From Macrostomum hystrix (Eukaryota; Animalia; Platyhelminthes), in NCBI GenBank assembly GCA_950097015.1, contig CATNEN010000025.1:1736001-1800000 (forward strand): a stretch of DNA of 64,000 nucleotides. Direction: 5' to 3'. The notes under the pieces were generated by a model. The model was given only the letters and a program-made list of their open reading frames with translations, did not search any database and was not told where the DNA came from. Made by a program: the position numbers and the translations under genes. Of the stretch, positions 48,105 through 61,500 are shown piece by piece. Each line of letters starts with the position of its first letter. Position 1 is the first letter of the stretch.

Positions 48105-48757
48105 ATGGCCAATTCTTCTGACGATGTAGCCACTGACTCGCTGTCAAAATTATACACTGAGCTCATGTCTATTTATGAGGCTGTGGAAGGTGGCGATGCT
48201 GCCTCAGCTGATGATGTAATTGATCGCGGCCTGGAACTGTGCGGCCGCGCTCAGGCAATGGTTGGCCTCCTTGGCCTATTCTCAGCCAATGAGCAGCTGG
48301 ACGATGTGTCAACTGGCCAACTAAAATACTTGCTGTTGCCTGGCATTGCCGGATTTCTTTGGTCCCAGAGGCGCACTGGCGGCCCGGCCCAGAGACCTGA
48401 CAACCTGATTCGCTGCTTAGGCCAATTGGGTGATTTCTTGCGCCTTGCCGGTCTCTATGGGGTGCCGGGTGCGCCGCGAATTGGCGACGCTGAACTGGGC
48501 GAAGCTGAGGAACGCAAACTCGCTGCACTGGTGGCTGTGGATGGCAGCGACAGTGGCGCTGGTCCAGGCTATGCGGCGCAGGTGAGGGCTTTCACAGGTT
48601 AAAGACAGACTTTAGGCGACTCAACAGGGTCACAGACTCAGAGACTTATTAGGGTTACAGACTGATTGACATTATTATGGTGACGGACTCATCGACTCAA
48701 CAGGGTGACGAACTGATCGACTTATTAGGGTGTCAGACTGATACACTCTCAAGGTAC

Positions 48758-48791
<34 letters not shown>

Positions 48792-49662
48792 TGCAAGAGG
48801 GCTATGAGCAATGTCACATCATTTTGAGACACTAGATCCGCAGCCAGCGAGGAGCAATTCTGCCCATTTCGCTGACTCCTGAGCACACACGCACACAGAT
48901 ACCGTACGCAGGCATACGCTCGCACAGATGTGTACATCTGCCCTGACTATCTTATCGTCAGGCAGTGTACACTCACTGTGCCATAGAGTTTGGCCCTCAA
49001 AGGCTTATGAGGAACTCAAATTAGATTTCAAGTTCTCAAAGCCACCCTAATCACTCGACTAGGCGGAGAGATCGGAGAAAATTGCGCGTCTTCGCCGACG
49101 CAAGGAGCTCGAGAAGCAGCTGACGGAGCTGCGACCGTTGGTTGAACGACCGCACGTCGATGAAGAAGATCGTCGAGCATTCTACCTGAGCCTGCTGGAG
49201 CGCTGGGTTATCGTTGCGGCCGAAGAGGCTGCCGCGGCCAAGGCGGAGCTGCCTCTGGCTCGAATGATGGCCAGCCGCGAAGGTCGTCCGCTGTCGCCGC
49301 AGCCGAGGCAGGCTCCATCGTCGAATCATCTGCCAGCCGGGGCGTTCGTCCTGACCAGATCAGCCTTGGAAGCTCGCGTATTCGGAGCCGGCTATCCGAG
49401 CCTGCCGACCTACTCGGTCGAGGAGTGGGTGGACGCCCAGATCAAATCGGGCGCCTTCCCCAGCCCCGAGGAGGCCGAGTCGGCAAGGCTGGCTGGCCCG
49501 CCAATTGGCGGTCCCACGCCGGAGAGCGCCGCCGCCGAGCGGGCCGCCAGAGACGCCGCCGAAGACGCCGACGATCCCCAGGAGTTGGGCCGGCTGCGCG
49601 CCTGGGACGATTGGCGCGATCATCACCGCAGAGGAGAGGGCAACCGGTATAGGAAGGGCTGA
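48105..49662 (+). CDS. IGBP1: IGBP1/alpha4/TAP42-family PP2A-type phosphatase regulator (358 aa)
   Basis: Exons 48105-48581 and 49063-49662 (1077 nt). LFSANEQLDDVSTGQLKYLLLP, RSEKIARLRRRKELE, VFGAGYPSLPTYSVEEW and RAWDDWRDHHRRGEGNR are TAP42-family motifs. Confidence 0.95.
48770..49005 (-). mobile_element. SINE family A copy in the IGBP1 intron with (TTA)n tail
   Basis: Reverse complement matches about 32005-32180; (TAA)n run at about 48758-48790. Confidence 0.8.
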
Positions 49663-50011
49663 GCAATGCTGACATCTGTCAGGGACTGTCACTGGCCTCG
49701 ACCTTCAATTGAAATATTATTTTTGTATTGTTTGCTTAATTGGGTTTCAATAATGCAACTCGGCATTTTTTTCTTGATTTGATTAGCTATGTACTCATTT
49801 ATTGTGTTTTCTATTGTTACAATTTTAGTAAATTTTTGCCTGAATCATAGAAACTGCGCCAATATTATTACTAGTTCAGCGTTTTCACTTAATTTTTTAA
49901 ATTTTACAATGCATTTGAGCCCTTTTAACGGAACAGAATGTTCTGCCACTAGACTTTGAAAGATGTGACATTTTGTGAGCATTTATATTAATGGCCCCAT
50001 TATCTATTTAT

Positions 50012-51590
50012 TTAGTGAGCAGTCACTAGCCCCATAATCTTGTCATCTAGTGAGCAGTCACTAGTCTCATTATCTTGTCATCTAGTAAGCAGTCACTAGC
50101 CCCATTATCTTGTCATCTAGTGAGCAGTCACTAGTCTCATTATCTTGTCATCTAGTGAGCAGTCACTAGTCTCATTATCTTGTCATCTAGTGAGCAGTCA
50201 CTAGCCCCATTGTCTTGTCATCTAGTGAGCAGTCACTAGTCTCATTATCTTGTCATCTAGTGAGCAGTCACTAGCCCCATTGTCTTGTCATCTAGTGAGC
50301 AGTCACTAGCCCCATTGTATTGTCATCTAGTGAGCAGTCACTAGCCCCATTGTCTTGTCATCTAGTGAGCAGTCACTAGCCCCATTGTCTTGTCATCTAG
50401 TGAGCAGTCACTAGCCCCATTGTCTTGTCATCTAGTGAGCAGTCACTAGTCTCATTATCTTGTCATCTAGTGAGCACTCACTAGCCCCATTGTCTTGTCA
50501 TCTAGTGAGCAGTCACTAGCCCCATTGTCTTGTCATCTAGTGAGCAGTCACTAGCCCCATTGTCTTGTCATCTAGTGAGCAGTCACTAGCCCCATTGTCT
50601 TGTCATCTAGTGAGTAGTCACTAGTCTCATTATCTTGTCATCTAGTGAGCAGTCACTAGCCCCATTGTCTTGTCATCTAGTGAGCAGTCACTAGCCCCAT
50701 TGTCTTGTCATCTAGTGAGCAGTCACTAGCCCCATTGTCTTGTCATCTAGTGAGCAGTCACTAGCCCCATTGTCTTGTCATCTAGTGAGCAGTCACTAGC
50801 CCCATTGTCTTGTCATCTAGTGAGCAGTCACTAGTCTCATTATCTTGTCATCTAGTGAGCACTCACTAGCCCCATTGTCTTGTCATCTAGTGAGCAGTCA
50901 CTAGCCCCATTGTCTTGTCATCTAGTGAGCAGTCACTAGCCCCATTGTCTTGTCATCTAGTGAGCAGTCACTAGCCCCATTGTCTTGTCATCTAGTGAGT
51001 AGTCACTAGTCTCATTATCTTGTCATCTAGTGAGCAGTCACTAGCCCCATTGTATTGTCATCTAGTGAGCAGTCACTAGTCTCATTATCTTGTCATCTAG
51101 TGAGCAGTCACTAGCCCCATTGTCTTGTCATCTAGTGAGCAGTCACTAGCCCCATTGTCTTGTCATCTAGTGAGCAGTCACTAGCCCCATTGTCTGGTCA
51201 TCTAGTGAGCAGTCACTAGTCTCATTATCTTGTCATCTAGTGAGCAGTCACTAGTCTCATTATCTTGTCATCTAGTGAGCAGTCACTAGCCCCATTGTCT
51301 TGTCATCTAGTGAGCAGTCACTAGTCTCATTATCTTGTCATCTAGTGAGCAGTCACTAGCCCCATTGTCTTGTCATCTAGTGAGCAGTCACCAGTCTCAT
51401 TATCTTGTCATCTAGTGAGCAGTCACTAGTCTCATTATCTTGTCATCTAGTGAGCAGTCACTAGCCTCATTATCTTGTCATCTAGTGAGCAGTCACTAGC
51501 CCCATTGTCTTGTCATCTAGTGAGCACTCACTAGCCCCATTATCTTGTCATCTAGTGAGCAGTCACTAGCCCCATTGTCTTGTCATTTAG
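50012..51590. repeat. 35-bp minisatellite, about 45 units, each with a 7-bp hairpin
   Basis: Unit TAGTGAGCAGTCACTAGCCCCATTGTCTTGTCATC; CTAGTGA-GCAG-TCACTAG is a perfect stem-loop. Confidence 0.95.
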
Positions 51591-51722
51591 TGAACTTAAA
51601 TTAATCTTATGTCTTTTTTTTCATTAAAAAACAAAAATTTCAGTGACACGACGAAATCGCACCATTGTTCGTATCAAATTTTTTTAAATAAGCCTGGTAG
51701 CAATTATCCACCCAAGTCCTTA

Positions 51723-52685
51723 ATGGCGAGCGGCGGCGGCACCGGCACCGACACCTCAGACTCCGGGCTGGCTTTGATTGAACGCCAACTAAGACAGTTT
51801 GTCATTGATCAGCGCCTAGTCGAGCCCAACGGTAGCCATGGCAACACTGCCGACGATTTCTACGCTGATCCCAGTCTGTATCCTTACCTGGAGGCGGTGC
51901 TTACTGACGACGCTGACTGCGATGACGATGGTGACGATGTCGATGCGGTGCTGGAACTGATGCGGGCCTACGTGCCGCTACTCGAAGGCGCCACCGATGC
52001 CGCCCTGCGTCGCTGGCTTGCCGAATGTCGGCGCGAACTCGCAACTGCGACTACTGCTGCAGCGACGTCTGAGTCGGCTTTCAGCGCCGACAATCAGGCG
52101 GATGTAGCCGTTTTTGCAGCCAGCGTCGTTGGGGTCAGAATTCGTCGATCGGAATCGTCTTCGACGTCAAATTTGTCGGCGCTGGCCGAGGCTGAAGCTG
52201 TTGCGGCGGCTGCGGCTGCGGAATCTCTTGACCGACTGCGCGCCCTTTTTCCGCAGGCTTGCGCTCTGAAACTGCGGCTTCGACTCTCCGAGGCTGGGGG
52301 GAACCTTCAGCAGGCTGCCGGACTCTGCCTGGAGGTCGACAACGACGATGATGCCAATGCTGTCTCGCTGACCTGCCCGAAGCCGCCATGTGCCTGCCTG
52401 GCCGCCCCTAAGCCAGTGGATTCCGCCTCGACAGCGTCTTCTGTCGCTGATGTGAAAAGCTACATTATGAGCAGATTTGAGCACTACGAGCTGCCGGACG
52501 AACGGAAAGTTCATCGACCAGAGGCGCGTTTCGATGAGAAGCCGCGACTGACGCGGTACCTGGACAGCCGTGTGGTGGCCCAGAATGGCGCCAGATTTAC
52601 CCAGATCAAAGATGAACGCGAGGAGGAGATTCGCAAGGCCACAACCGTGTGCTTGAAGCCGGCTAGGAAGTATCGATTTCACTGA
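51723..52685 (+). CDS. CUEDC2: CUE domain-containing protein 2 (320 aa)
   Basis: Single exon from ATG 51723; CUE-like LDRLRALFPQ...GNLQQA; C-terminus RYLDSRVVAQNGARF...KATTVCLKPARKYRFH matches the CUEDC2 end LKPARKYRFH. Confidence 0.92.
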   Translation: MASGGGTGTDTSDSGLALIERQLRQFVIDQRLVEPNGSHGNTADDFYADPSLYPYLEAVLTDDADCDDDGDDVDAVLELMRAYVPLLEGATDAALRRWLAECRRELATATTAAATSESAFSADNQADVAVFAASVVGVRIRRSESSSTSNLSALAEAEAVAAAAAAESLDRLRALFPQACALKLRLRLSEAGGNLQQAAGLCLEVDNDDDANAVSLTCPKPPCACLAAPKPVDSASTASSVADVKSYIMSRFEHYELPDERKVHRPEARFDEKPRLTRYLDSRVVAQNGARFTQIKDEREEEIRKATTVCLKPARKYRFH

Positions 52686-52708
52686 TCAATCCATTGAGTA
52701 GTGTGTTT

Positions 52709-52890
52709 CATCGATCGATTTATCGATTAATTATCGATTATATATCGAATTATCGATTTAAAATCGATAAAATTTTAAATTATCGATTTAAAATCGATGT
52801 ACTATCGACTTATCGATTAATTATCGAATTATCAATTTCCCATCAATTTATCGATTTCGCTGATTTCACTATTCGATCAATCGATTCTAT
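52709..52890. repeat. ATCGAT-rich palindromic element just downstream of the CUEDC2 stop
   Basis: Many ATCGAT/TATCGA copies; TTATCGATTTAAAATCGAT occurs twice. Confidence 0.8.
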
Positions 52891-53377
52891 TACTTCATGT
52901 ATAGATTAATAGTTTCATACATATTTAGCCTTGCTTGTCTATGATCACAAAAACTATTTTAGCATTTATTTTCTTATTAATCTCCGAGCATTACTACATA
53001 TTTCGTGCATCCAGTTTTGGCAATTAATTTCCGTTTTTTTGCTGTTTACAATTTTTTTCCTGTAATTATATTTGTCGTTTCTACATTTGGTTAGCCAATC
53101 ATCTGGCAGTTTTTTAGTTTCATTTTGCAAAAATATTTGCAATAGTTGCACTTTTTTAACGTGTTTCTTACTTGATGTGTACATTCTGAGGTCCTTTTTT
53201 TCAATGCCTGCTTCTGTAGTTAAGACTCGGAAAGTAAAAATTGACGCTGTGTAAAAACGTTCTTAAATGAACACACGTTCAAATTAATATACCTGTTGAA
53301 TTGCTGCTGTACATAACTTATTGCGTGTACGTTTTTCTTATTGGTTAAAGAAATGTTTCTTTCGCAAGAAACAAGAG

Positions 53378-56300
53378 AACACTGGATACACGAGAGCACA
53401 CTGGATACACGAGAGCACACTGGATACATGAGAGCACACTAGATACACGAGAGCACACTGGATACACGAGAGCACACTAGATACACGAGAGCACTCTGGA
53501 TACACGAGAGCACTCTGGATACACGAGAGCACACTGGATACACGAGAGCACTCTGGATACATGAGAGCACACTATATACACGAGGGCACACTAGATACAC
53601 GAGAGCACACTGGATACACGAGGGCACACTGGATACACGAGAGCACACTGGATACACTAGAGCACTCTGGATACACGAGAGCACTCTGGATACACGAGAG
53701 CACACTGGATACACGAGAGCACTCTGGATACATGAGAGCACTCTGGATACATGAGAGCACACTGGATACACGAGGGCACACTGGATACACGAGAGCACAC
53801 TGGATACACGAGAGCACACTGGATACACGAGGGCACACTGGATACACGAGAGCACACTGGATACACTAGAGCACTCTGGATACACGAGAGCACTCTGGAT
53901 ACACGAGAGCACACTGGATACACGAGAGCACACTGGATACACGAGAGCACACTAGATACACGAGAGCACACTGGATACACGAGGGCACACTGGATACATG
54001 AGAGCACACTATATACACGAGGGCACACTGGATACACGAGAGCACACTGGATACACGAGGGCACACTGGATACACGAGAGCACACTGGATACACTAGAGC
54101 ACTCTGGATACACGAGAGCACACTGGATACACGAGAGCACACTGGATACATGAGAGCACACTATATACACGAGGGCACACTGGATACACGAGAGCACACT
54201 GGATACACGAGAGCACACTGGATACACTAGAGCACACTAGATACACGAGAGCACACTGGATACACGAGAGCACACTAGATACACGAGAGCACTCTGGATA
54301 CACGAGAGCACTCTGGATACACGAGAGCACACTGGATACACGAGAGCACTCTGGATACATGAGAGCACACTATATACACGAGGGCACACTGGATACACGA
54401 GAGTACACTGGATACACGAGGGCACACTGGATACACGAGAGCACACTGGATACACTAGAGCACTCTGGATACACGAGAGCACTCTGGATACACGAGAGCA
54501 CACTGGATACACGAGAGCACTCTGGATACTCGAGAGCACACTGGATACACGAGAGCACACTGGATACATGAGAGCACTCTGGATACACGAGAGCACACTG
54601 GATACACGAGAGCACACTGGATACACGAGAGCACACTGGATACACGAGGGCACACTGGATACACGAGAGCACTCTGGATACTCGAGAGCACACTGGATAC
54701 ACGAGAGCACTCTGGATACACGAGAGCACACTGGATACACGAGGGCACACTGGATACACGAGAGCACTCTGGATACTCGAGAGCACACTGGATACACGAG
54801 AGCACACTGGATACATGAGAGCACTCTGGATACACGAGAGCACACTGGATACACGAGAGCACACTGGATACACGAGAGCACACTGGATACACGAGGGCAC
54901 ACTGGATACACGAGAGCACTCTGGATACTCGAGAGCACACTGGATACACGAGAGCACTCTGGATACACGAGAGCACACTGGATACACGAGGGCACACTGG
55001 ATACACGAGAGCACTCTGGATACTCGAGAGCACACTGGATACACGAGAGCACTCTGGATACACGAGAGCACACTGGATACACGAGAGCACACTAGATACA
55101 CGAGAGCACACTGGATACACGAGGGCACACTGGATACACGAGAGCACACTGGATACACGAGAGCACACTGGATACACGAGGGCACACTGGATACACGAGA
55201 GCACACTGGATACACGAGAGCACACTGGATACACGAGAGCACACTGGATACACGAGAGCACACTGGATACACGAGAGCACACTGGATACACGAGAGCACA
55301 CTGGATACACGAGAGCACACTGGATACACGAGGGCACACTGGATACACGAGAGCACACTGGATACACTAGAGCACTCTGGATACACGAGAGCACTCTGGA
55401 TACACGAGAGCACACTGGATACACGAGAGCACTCTGGATACATGAGAGCACTCTGGATACATGAGAGCACACTATATACACGAGGGCACACTGGATACAC
55501 GAGAGCACACTGGATACACGAGAGCACACTGGATACACGAGAGCACACTGGATACACGAGAGCACACTGGATACACGAGAGCACACTAGATACACGAGAG
55601 CACACTGGATACACGAGGGCACACTGGATACACGAGAGCACTCTGGATACTCGAGAGCACACTGGATACACGAGAGCACACTGGATACACGAGAGCACAC
55701 TGGATACACGAGAGCACACTGGATACATGAGAGCACACTATATACACTAGAGCACACTAGATACACGAGAGCACACTGGATACACGAGAGCACACTGGAT
55801 ACACGAGAGTACACTGGATACACGAGAGCACACTGGATACACGAGAGCACTCTGGATACATGAGAGCACACTATATACACGAGGGCACACTATATACACG
55901 AGGGCACACTGGATACACGAGAGCACACTGGATACACGAGAGCACACTAGATACACGAGAGCACACTGGATACACGAGAGCACACTGGATGCACGAGGGC
56001 ACACTGGATACACGAGAGCACACTGGATACACGAGAGCACACTGGATACACGAGGGCACACTGGATACACGAGAGCACTCTGGATACTCGAGAGCACACT
56101 GGATACACGAGAGCACACTGGATACACGAGAGCACTCTGGATACACGAGAGCACACTGGATACACGAGAGCACACTGGATACACGAGAGCACACTGGATA
56201 CACGAGGGCACACTGGATACACGAGAGCACTCTGGATACTCGAGAGCACACTGGATACACGAGAGCACTCTGGATACACGAGAGCACACTGGATACACGA

Positions 56301-56414
56301 GGGCACACTGGATACACGAGAGCACTCTGGATACTCGAGAGCACACTGGATACACGAGAGCACACTAGATACACGAGAGCACACTGGATACACGAGGGCA
56401 CTCTGGATACTCGA
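53378..56414. repeat. 19-bp satellite, about 160 units (GATACACGAGAGCACACTG)
   Basis: Direct reading; source of all ORFs listed between about 53338 and 56510. Confidence 0.97.
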
Positions 56415-57344
56415 GAAATGTTTGCATTTTTGGAATATTTTGAAAACAAAAAATGAAATAAGCTCAACATGGCCATGACATGTTTCGACATAACGCTGCT
56501 CAGCAATCATTTATCGTATATTTATAGGGTCTCCAGATTAAGTTACTGTTATGTAATACAATGACAGACACGCAGACAGAATTAGGTAGAAATAAAAAAT
56601 TACATATAGCAAAACTTTTGTTATTACAGCAATTATTTCCTGTTCGAATCAATTCAGTGAGTAAGATAATATTTTTTACTGCTAGAATTTGTCTACGTTT
56701 CATACATATATTGAGAATTTCACAGCAAAACATTCTTAATTAGCATTAGTAGGACAAAAATAGTAAAAATTAAGTACAGCATTACAGGTGGGTTAGCCAA
56801 CAGACAGTAGAGAAATCAAGTGTTAAGCAATAACAAGAATATATGTACACAAACCCGGTCATAACTTAAAGCCAAAATTCTGTTTATAATGTGAGATAAA
56901 ATAGCGTTAAAGAGAAAGCTAGCCAACTATGAAGGAAACCACAAAAAATAGCCAACTTTGATCAGGGTTTACAGTCTGTTTCTAAGAAAGCAACAGCAAC
57001 TTGTAAACGAATCGGGATGGGACATTGAGGGAAACTATAATATCAAAATCAAAAGTTAATGAGCTGAGCCACATATTATCGACCTGAAATAGATTTACCT
57101 GCAGCTTGGGGCATCACAGACAGAGCGGTTTATTGAGACAATCAATTAAAACCTGCTAGCTAAATTAGAGAACAACATAAAAGAGACAGTACAAGACTGT
57201 GTGCGAGCTCGTGTTTGCCATTTTTTAAGGCGGAATTTTCCAAGATGAAAACAAAAGATTCGACTTAACCACTGCGAGCTGATACTACTGACTTGGGTAG
57301 GCTGGGCTACACTGACGGTCTAGAAACAGTTTAGTGAATAACTT

Positions 57345-57945
57345 GTCAGTGGCTTGCCACTAATCAGCCAATCAGATTTCAGTGGCGTGACCCACCCACT
57401 AATCAGCCAATCAGATATCAGTGGCGTGACCCACCCACTAATCAGCGAATCAGATTTCAGTGGCGTGACCCACCCACTAATCAGCCAATCAGATATCAGT
57501 GGCGTGACCCACCCACTAATCAGCCAATCAGATGTCAGTAGCGACTCACCCACCAATCAGACGTGATTGGTCATTCACTGCACAATCAGCCAATCAGATT
57601 TCAGTGGCGACTCACTTACCAATCAGCCAATCAGATGTCAGTAGCGAATCACCCACTAATCAGCCAATCAGATGTCAGTAGCGAATCACCCACTAATCAG
57701 CCAATCAGATGTCAGTAGCGAATCACCCACTAATCAGCCAATCAGATGTCAGTAGCGAATCACCCACTAATCATCCAATCAGATGTCAGTAGCGAATCAC
57801 CCACTAATCAGCCAATCAGATGTCAGTAGCGAATCACCCACTAATCATCCAATCAGATGTCAGTAGCGAATCACCCACTAATCAGCCAATCATATTTCAG
57901 TGGCGACTCACTTACCAATCAGCCAATCAGATGTTAGTGGCGACT
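57345..57945. repeat. 37-38 bp CCAAT-containing minisatellite, about 15 units
   Basis: Unit CAGCCAATCAGATGTCAGTAGCGAATCACCCACTAAT. Confidence 0.92.
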
Positions 57946-58589
57946 CACTCACGAGTTCGCTAAAAACTGATGATAAAAAGAAAGAAATCTTCTTCTAACC
58001 TTCTAACCAAAAGACAAAAAACTTCAAATATGATGGATATTTTGATAATGCGAGAGATGGCGACACAGTTCAAGAGAAGTCATAGTTAAATACGGTAATA
58101 CGTGTATTGTACAGTTGAGAGCTGTAAAAAAGGCATAAGCACCATTAGTAATGAATTAAAACAAAAAATAATAAGAGACGTTTGTGGACGTGCACTGCAT
58201 CGGTTAGTTGAAACAAAAAAATTAACCCAGGACAAAAACAATAGGCAGCACAAGCACAAAAAAGACAACGGAGGAGAACACAGCACAGAGCAAGGTAAAC
58301 AGGAAATTTTATTTTCAAAAGACGCAGGCTACATTTTTTTTCTTTGTTTCTCGGATGTCGCCTGATTAGGTTTTGGTTGTTCGGGTCATTTTTCGGGTTG
58401 CAAATAAGTTTTTCTCCAGGCAAAATTCCATGCCACCGACTGCCAAACCAGCGGTATCCGACTAAACTAAGGGTAAAAAAACAAGTCGCATTTCTAAAAT
58501 GAGCAACTCCCAGTCTAACAGGTTGAACGGCTCCTATTTGAAACATGCTAGAGGGCGCTGGACGAGAATGATGAAAATGTCGGCGACAA

Positions 58590-61500
58590 TCAGGCGGCCT
58601 GATCACCCGAGGCCGAGTCCTCGGCTGGCATCATCAGCTGCTCCAGGTTGGTGAATTCTGGCCACGCCTCTTCTCCTCCTCCTTGGGCGGCGTCTCCAGA
58701 GTTGCACTCCGCCGTTGACAAATCGGCAGCCACCCTAGCAGCGTCGTCTGTTGCGGAGGCGGCGGCCGCTTCCACTTTTCGACGCGCCCCGCCAGACAAG
58801 ATGACAGCTGGCCCGATGCCTTCTTCTTCTTCTTCTTCGTCATCGTCGTCGTCGTTAACTTCAAAGCCGATGACTTCGACAGCTTCGCAGTCGTCCGCCT
58901 CATCATCGATGACATCTTCGCCAGAGCCGTTGCCTTCAAGCCGATTCGATGGCGAGTGCGGTGGCGTCCTTGGCGTGCGTCGAGTATCTAGGTTGGCGTC
59001 ATCAACGTCATCGTCATCGTCGTCATTGTCGTCACCTCCAAGCAGTCGAGGAATTACAACATTAGCGGCGGCGTTTTGCGCGGTATTGGCCGTTTTGACA
59101 GCCGTCGACGTAGCCAAATCGCCGTCGCCGTTCTCATCCATGTCGTGATTGGCGGCATCGTTATTGTCGTCTTCTTCTTCTTCGTCATCGTATTGTTGAA
59201 TCTGGGAGTTGCAGGCCTGGTCAAACATGGTCGCATTGTCCGCGTCCTCCGGCGTCGGTGTTGTGAAGTCCAGATTGGACACCTGGCAGGTACAAAATAG
59301 GTAAAAATACAAAATGCAAAAATAGGTACAAATGTACAACTAACCAAAAGTACAATAAGTGCATTAACAATAGGACGCCATTTTGCCGCCCGTTTTTATA
59401 CCAAGGGGGGAGGGAAATCCCCCCTGAAGTTTTTTTGGCAGCGCCCGAATGCTAACAGCGTTGGCTGGTGCCTGGTTGGTTGACAGACTAGGCGATGGCG
59501 TCCTGTGGTTGAGCTGCCCCTAATACTTAGGCTTGATCTGTGAAATTGGAGAAATTCGCGTCAGGGTGTCCATAGTGGCCTAGTTCCACCTGTTGTAGCC
59601 CTTGAAGGTCCAGCAAATCCGTCTAGATAAAGGTAGGTGACCACCGAAGATGGAGATGATGCAGGCACATTCGGGTGACATGCTGATCAATTTTGAAGGC
59701 CTGGCAAGCCCTCACTGAGGCGCAGTGCTGATTTGTGTATAGGGGTGTATGAAATTCACTAGCGCTTATGGGAAAACTCAGACCTTCGGCCAGACACATT
59801 GAATATCTCGACGGTCTGAAGAGCTGACGGCTTGATTCTTGTTTCAGAAGATGCGCAACCAAAAGTTGGCCCGTGTTCTTGAGTTTCGTGTGCTTGCGTT
59901 GTTCCGTTCGGGTGCAGCACAAAAAAGATCTTAAGTAAGAGTAAGAACAACAAAGTACGATATTCAAGAGTAAAAAGTGCGGGAGAGAAAAAGTACAGCT
60001 AACTAAAAGTACATCTAGAGCAATAAGCAAAAGTGCAAACAACTTAAAAGTCGAAATGAATAGACAAACCTTGTCGTCAAATATTGCCTCCACTCTATCG
60101 TAGGGCTCATTAAATTCGTCCTCCTGAAAGCCGAAATGATCTGGAAAATTGCTAGTCAACTGTTTGGCCTGAAAGTCGGCGTAGGCTTGATGCAGAAGCT
60201 GCAAAGGCGAGGGATCGAAGCTGTAGGGCTGCGCGTCATCATCCTGACTGCTCAGTGGAGAGGCGACGATGACACTGCGCCGATTTAGTTCAACCAGATA
60301 CGTTTCGCTCCACGTTGTCCATTGCTGACGAAGCTTTTCGTCAACTTTATTGAACGCTTCAGCCAGGTGCTCCCGACCGTTGGCGCCAGTTGAAGCTGCC
60401 GCTGTCAGGGCATCGTTGAGGCAGTTGGCCAGGCGAGCCAGATGGCCCAGATAGCCGAGGCGCCTGATGTAAGCCGGCTTTTTATCCACCGAAGCGTTGC
60501 CGCTGTCGCCATCTTTAGCATCGGCGTCGCCTTCGGCGCTCTCATCGCCGGCGTCGTTAAGCGTCGGTCTATCAAATGCCTCCAATAAGCGACCGGGCAG
60601 GTTGGCTTCGATTAGCAGCTGGTGAAGCAGCTGAGTCTGTGGTGTGAGCCGATGGGAAAATAAGATTAGTTTCTTGAAGAACATTAAAACGAGCAATGAT
60701 AACTGAGGTACAGGGGAGTAGATGTGAATCACACCTGAGGTACAGGGGAGTAGATGTGAATCACACCTGAGGTACAGGGGAGTAGATGTGAATCATACCT
60801 GAGGCACAGGGGGGAGTATATGTGAATCATACCTGAGGTACAGGGGGGAGTATATGTGAATCATACCTGAGGTACAGGGGGGAGTATATGTGAATCATAC
60901 CTGAGGCACAGGGGGGAGTATATGTGAATCATACCTGAGGCACAGGGGGGAGTATATGTGAATCATACCTGAGGCACAGGGGGGAGTATATGTGAATCAT
61001 ACCTGAGGTACAGGGGAGTATATGTGAATCATACCTGAGGCACAGGGGGGAGTATATGTGAATCATACCTGAGGCACAGGGGGGAGTATATGTGAATCAT
61101 ACCTGAGGCACAGGGGGGAGTATATGTGAATCATACCTGAGGTACAGGGGAGTATATGTGAATCATACCTGAGGTACAGGGGAGTATATGTGAATCATAC
61201 CTGAGGTCCAGGGGAGTTAGCAGTTATGCCTGAACGTTTATAAACAATAAAAATTACTTGAGAGCAAAGGAAAAGTGCATAAATTGAAGTGCACAACAAC
61301 ACACCTGAGCCTCAGCCTGATCCTGATTGGCCGGCTGCGCAGTCAGCACGGAGGTGCACGCCTGTTCAACAGCCTGATGCAGGAAAGTATTCCATGGATA
61401 GTCAAGCATGAGGCTTAGGAGGGCCGGTAAGGCGCCAGACTCGGCCACGGCTCTGCCAGCCAACGCGCTATTGGTCGAGAGAATGGAGCGAAGCAGGCGA

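Noticed and set aside
17272-51590. Common origin of the two 35-bp arrays
   Set aside because: Beyond a shared CTAGATGA 8-mer, position-wise identity is near random.
52966-53220. AT-rich minus-strand ORF ending in NCQNWMHEIC (half PHD-like)
   Set aside because: Only part of the motif, alternative frames look equally plausible, and no supported start.
53338-56510. Many long overlapping ORFs
   Set aside because: Translation artefacts of the 19-bp satellite.
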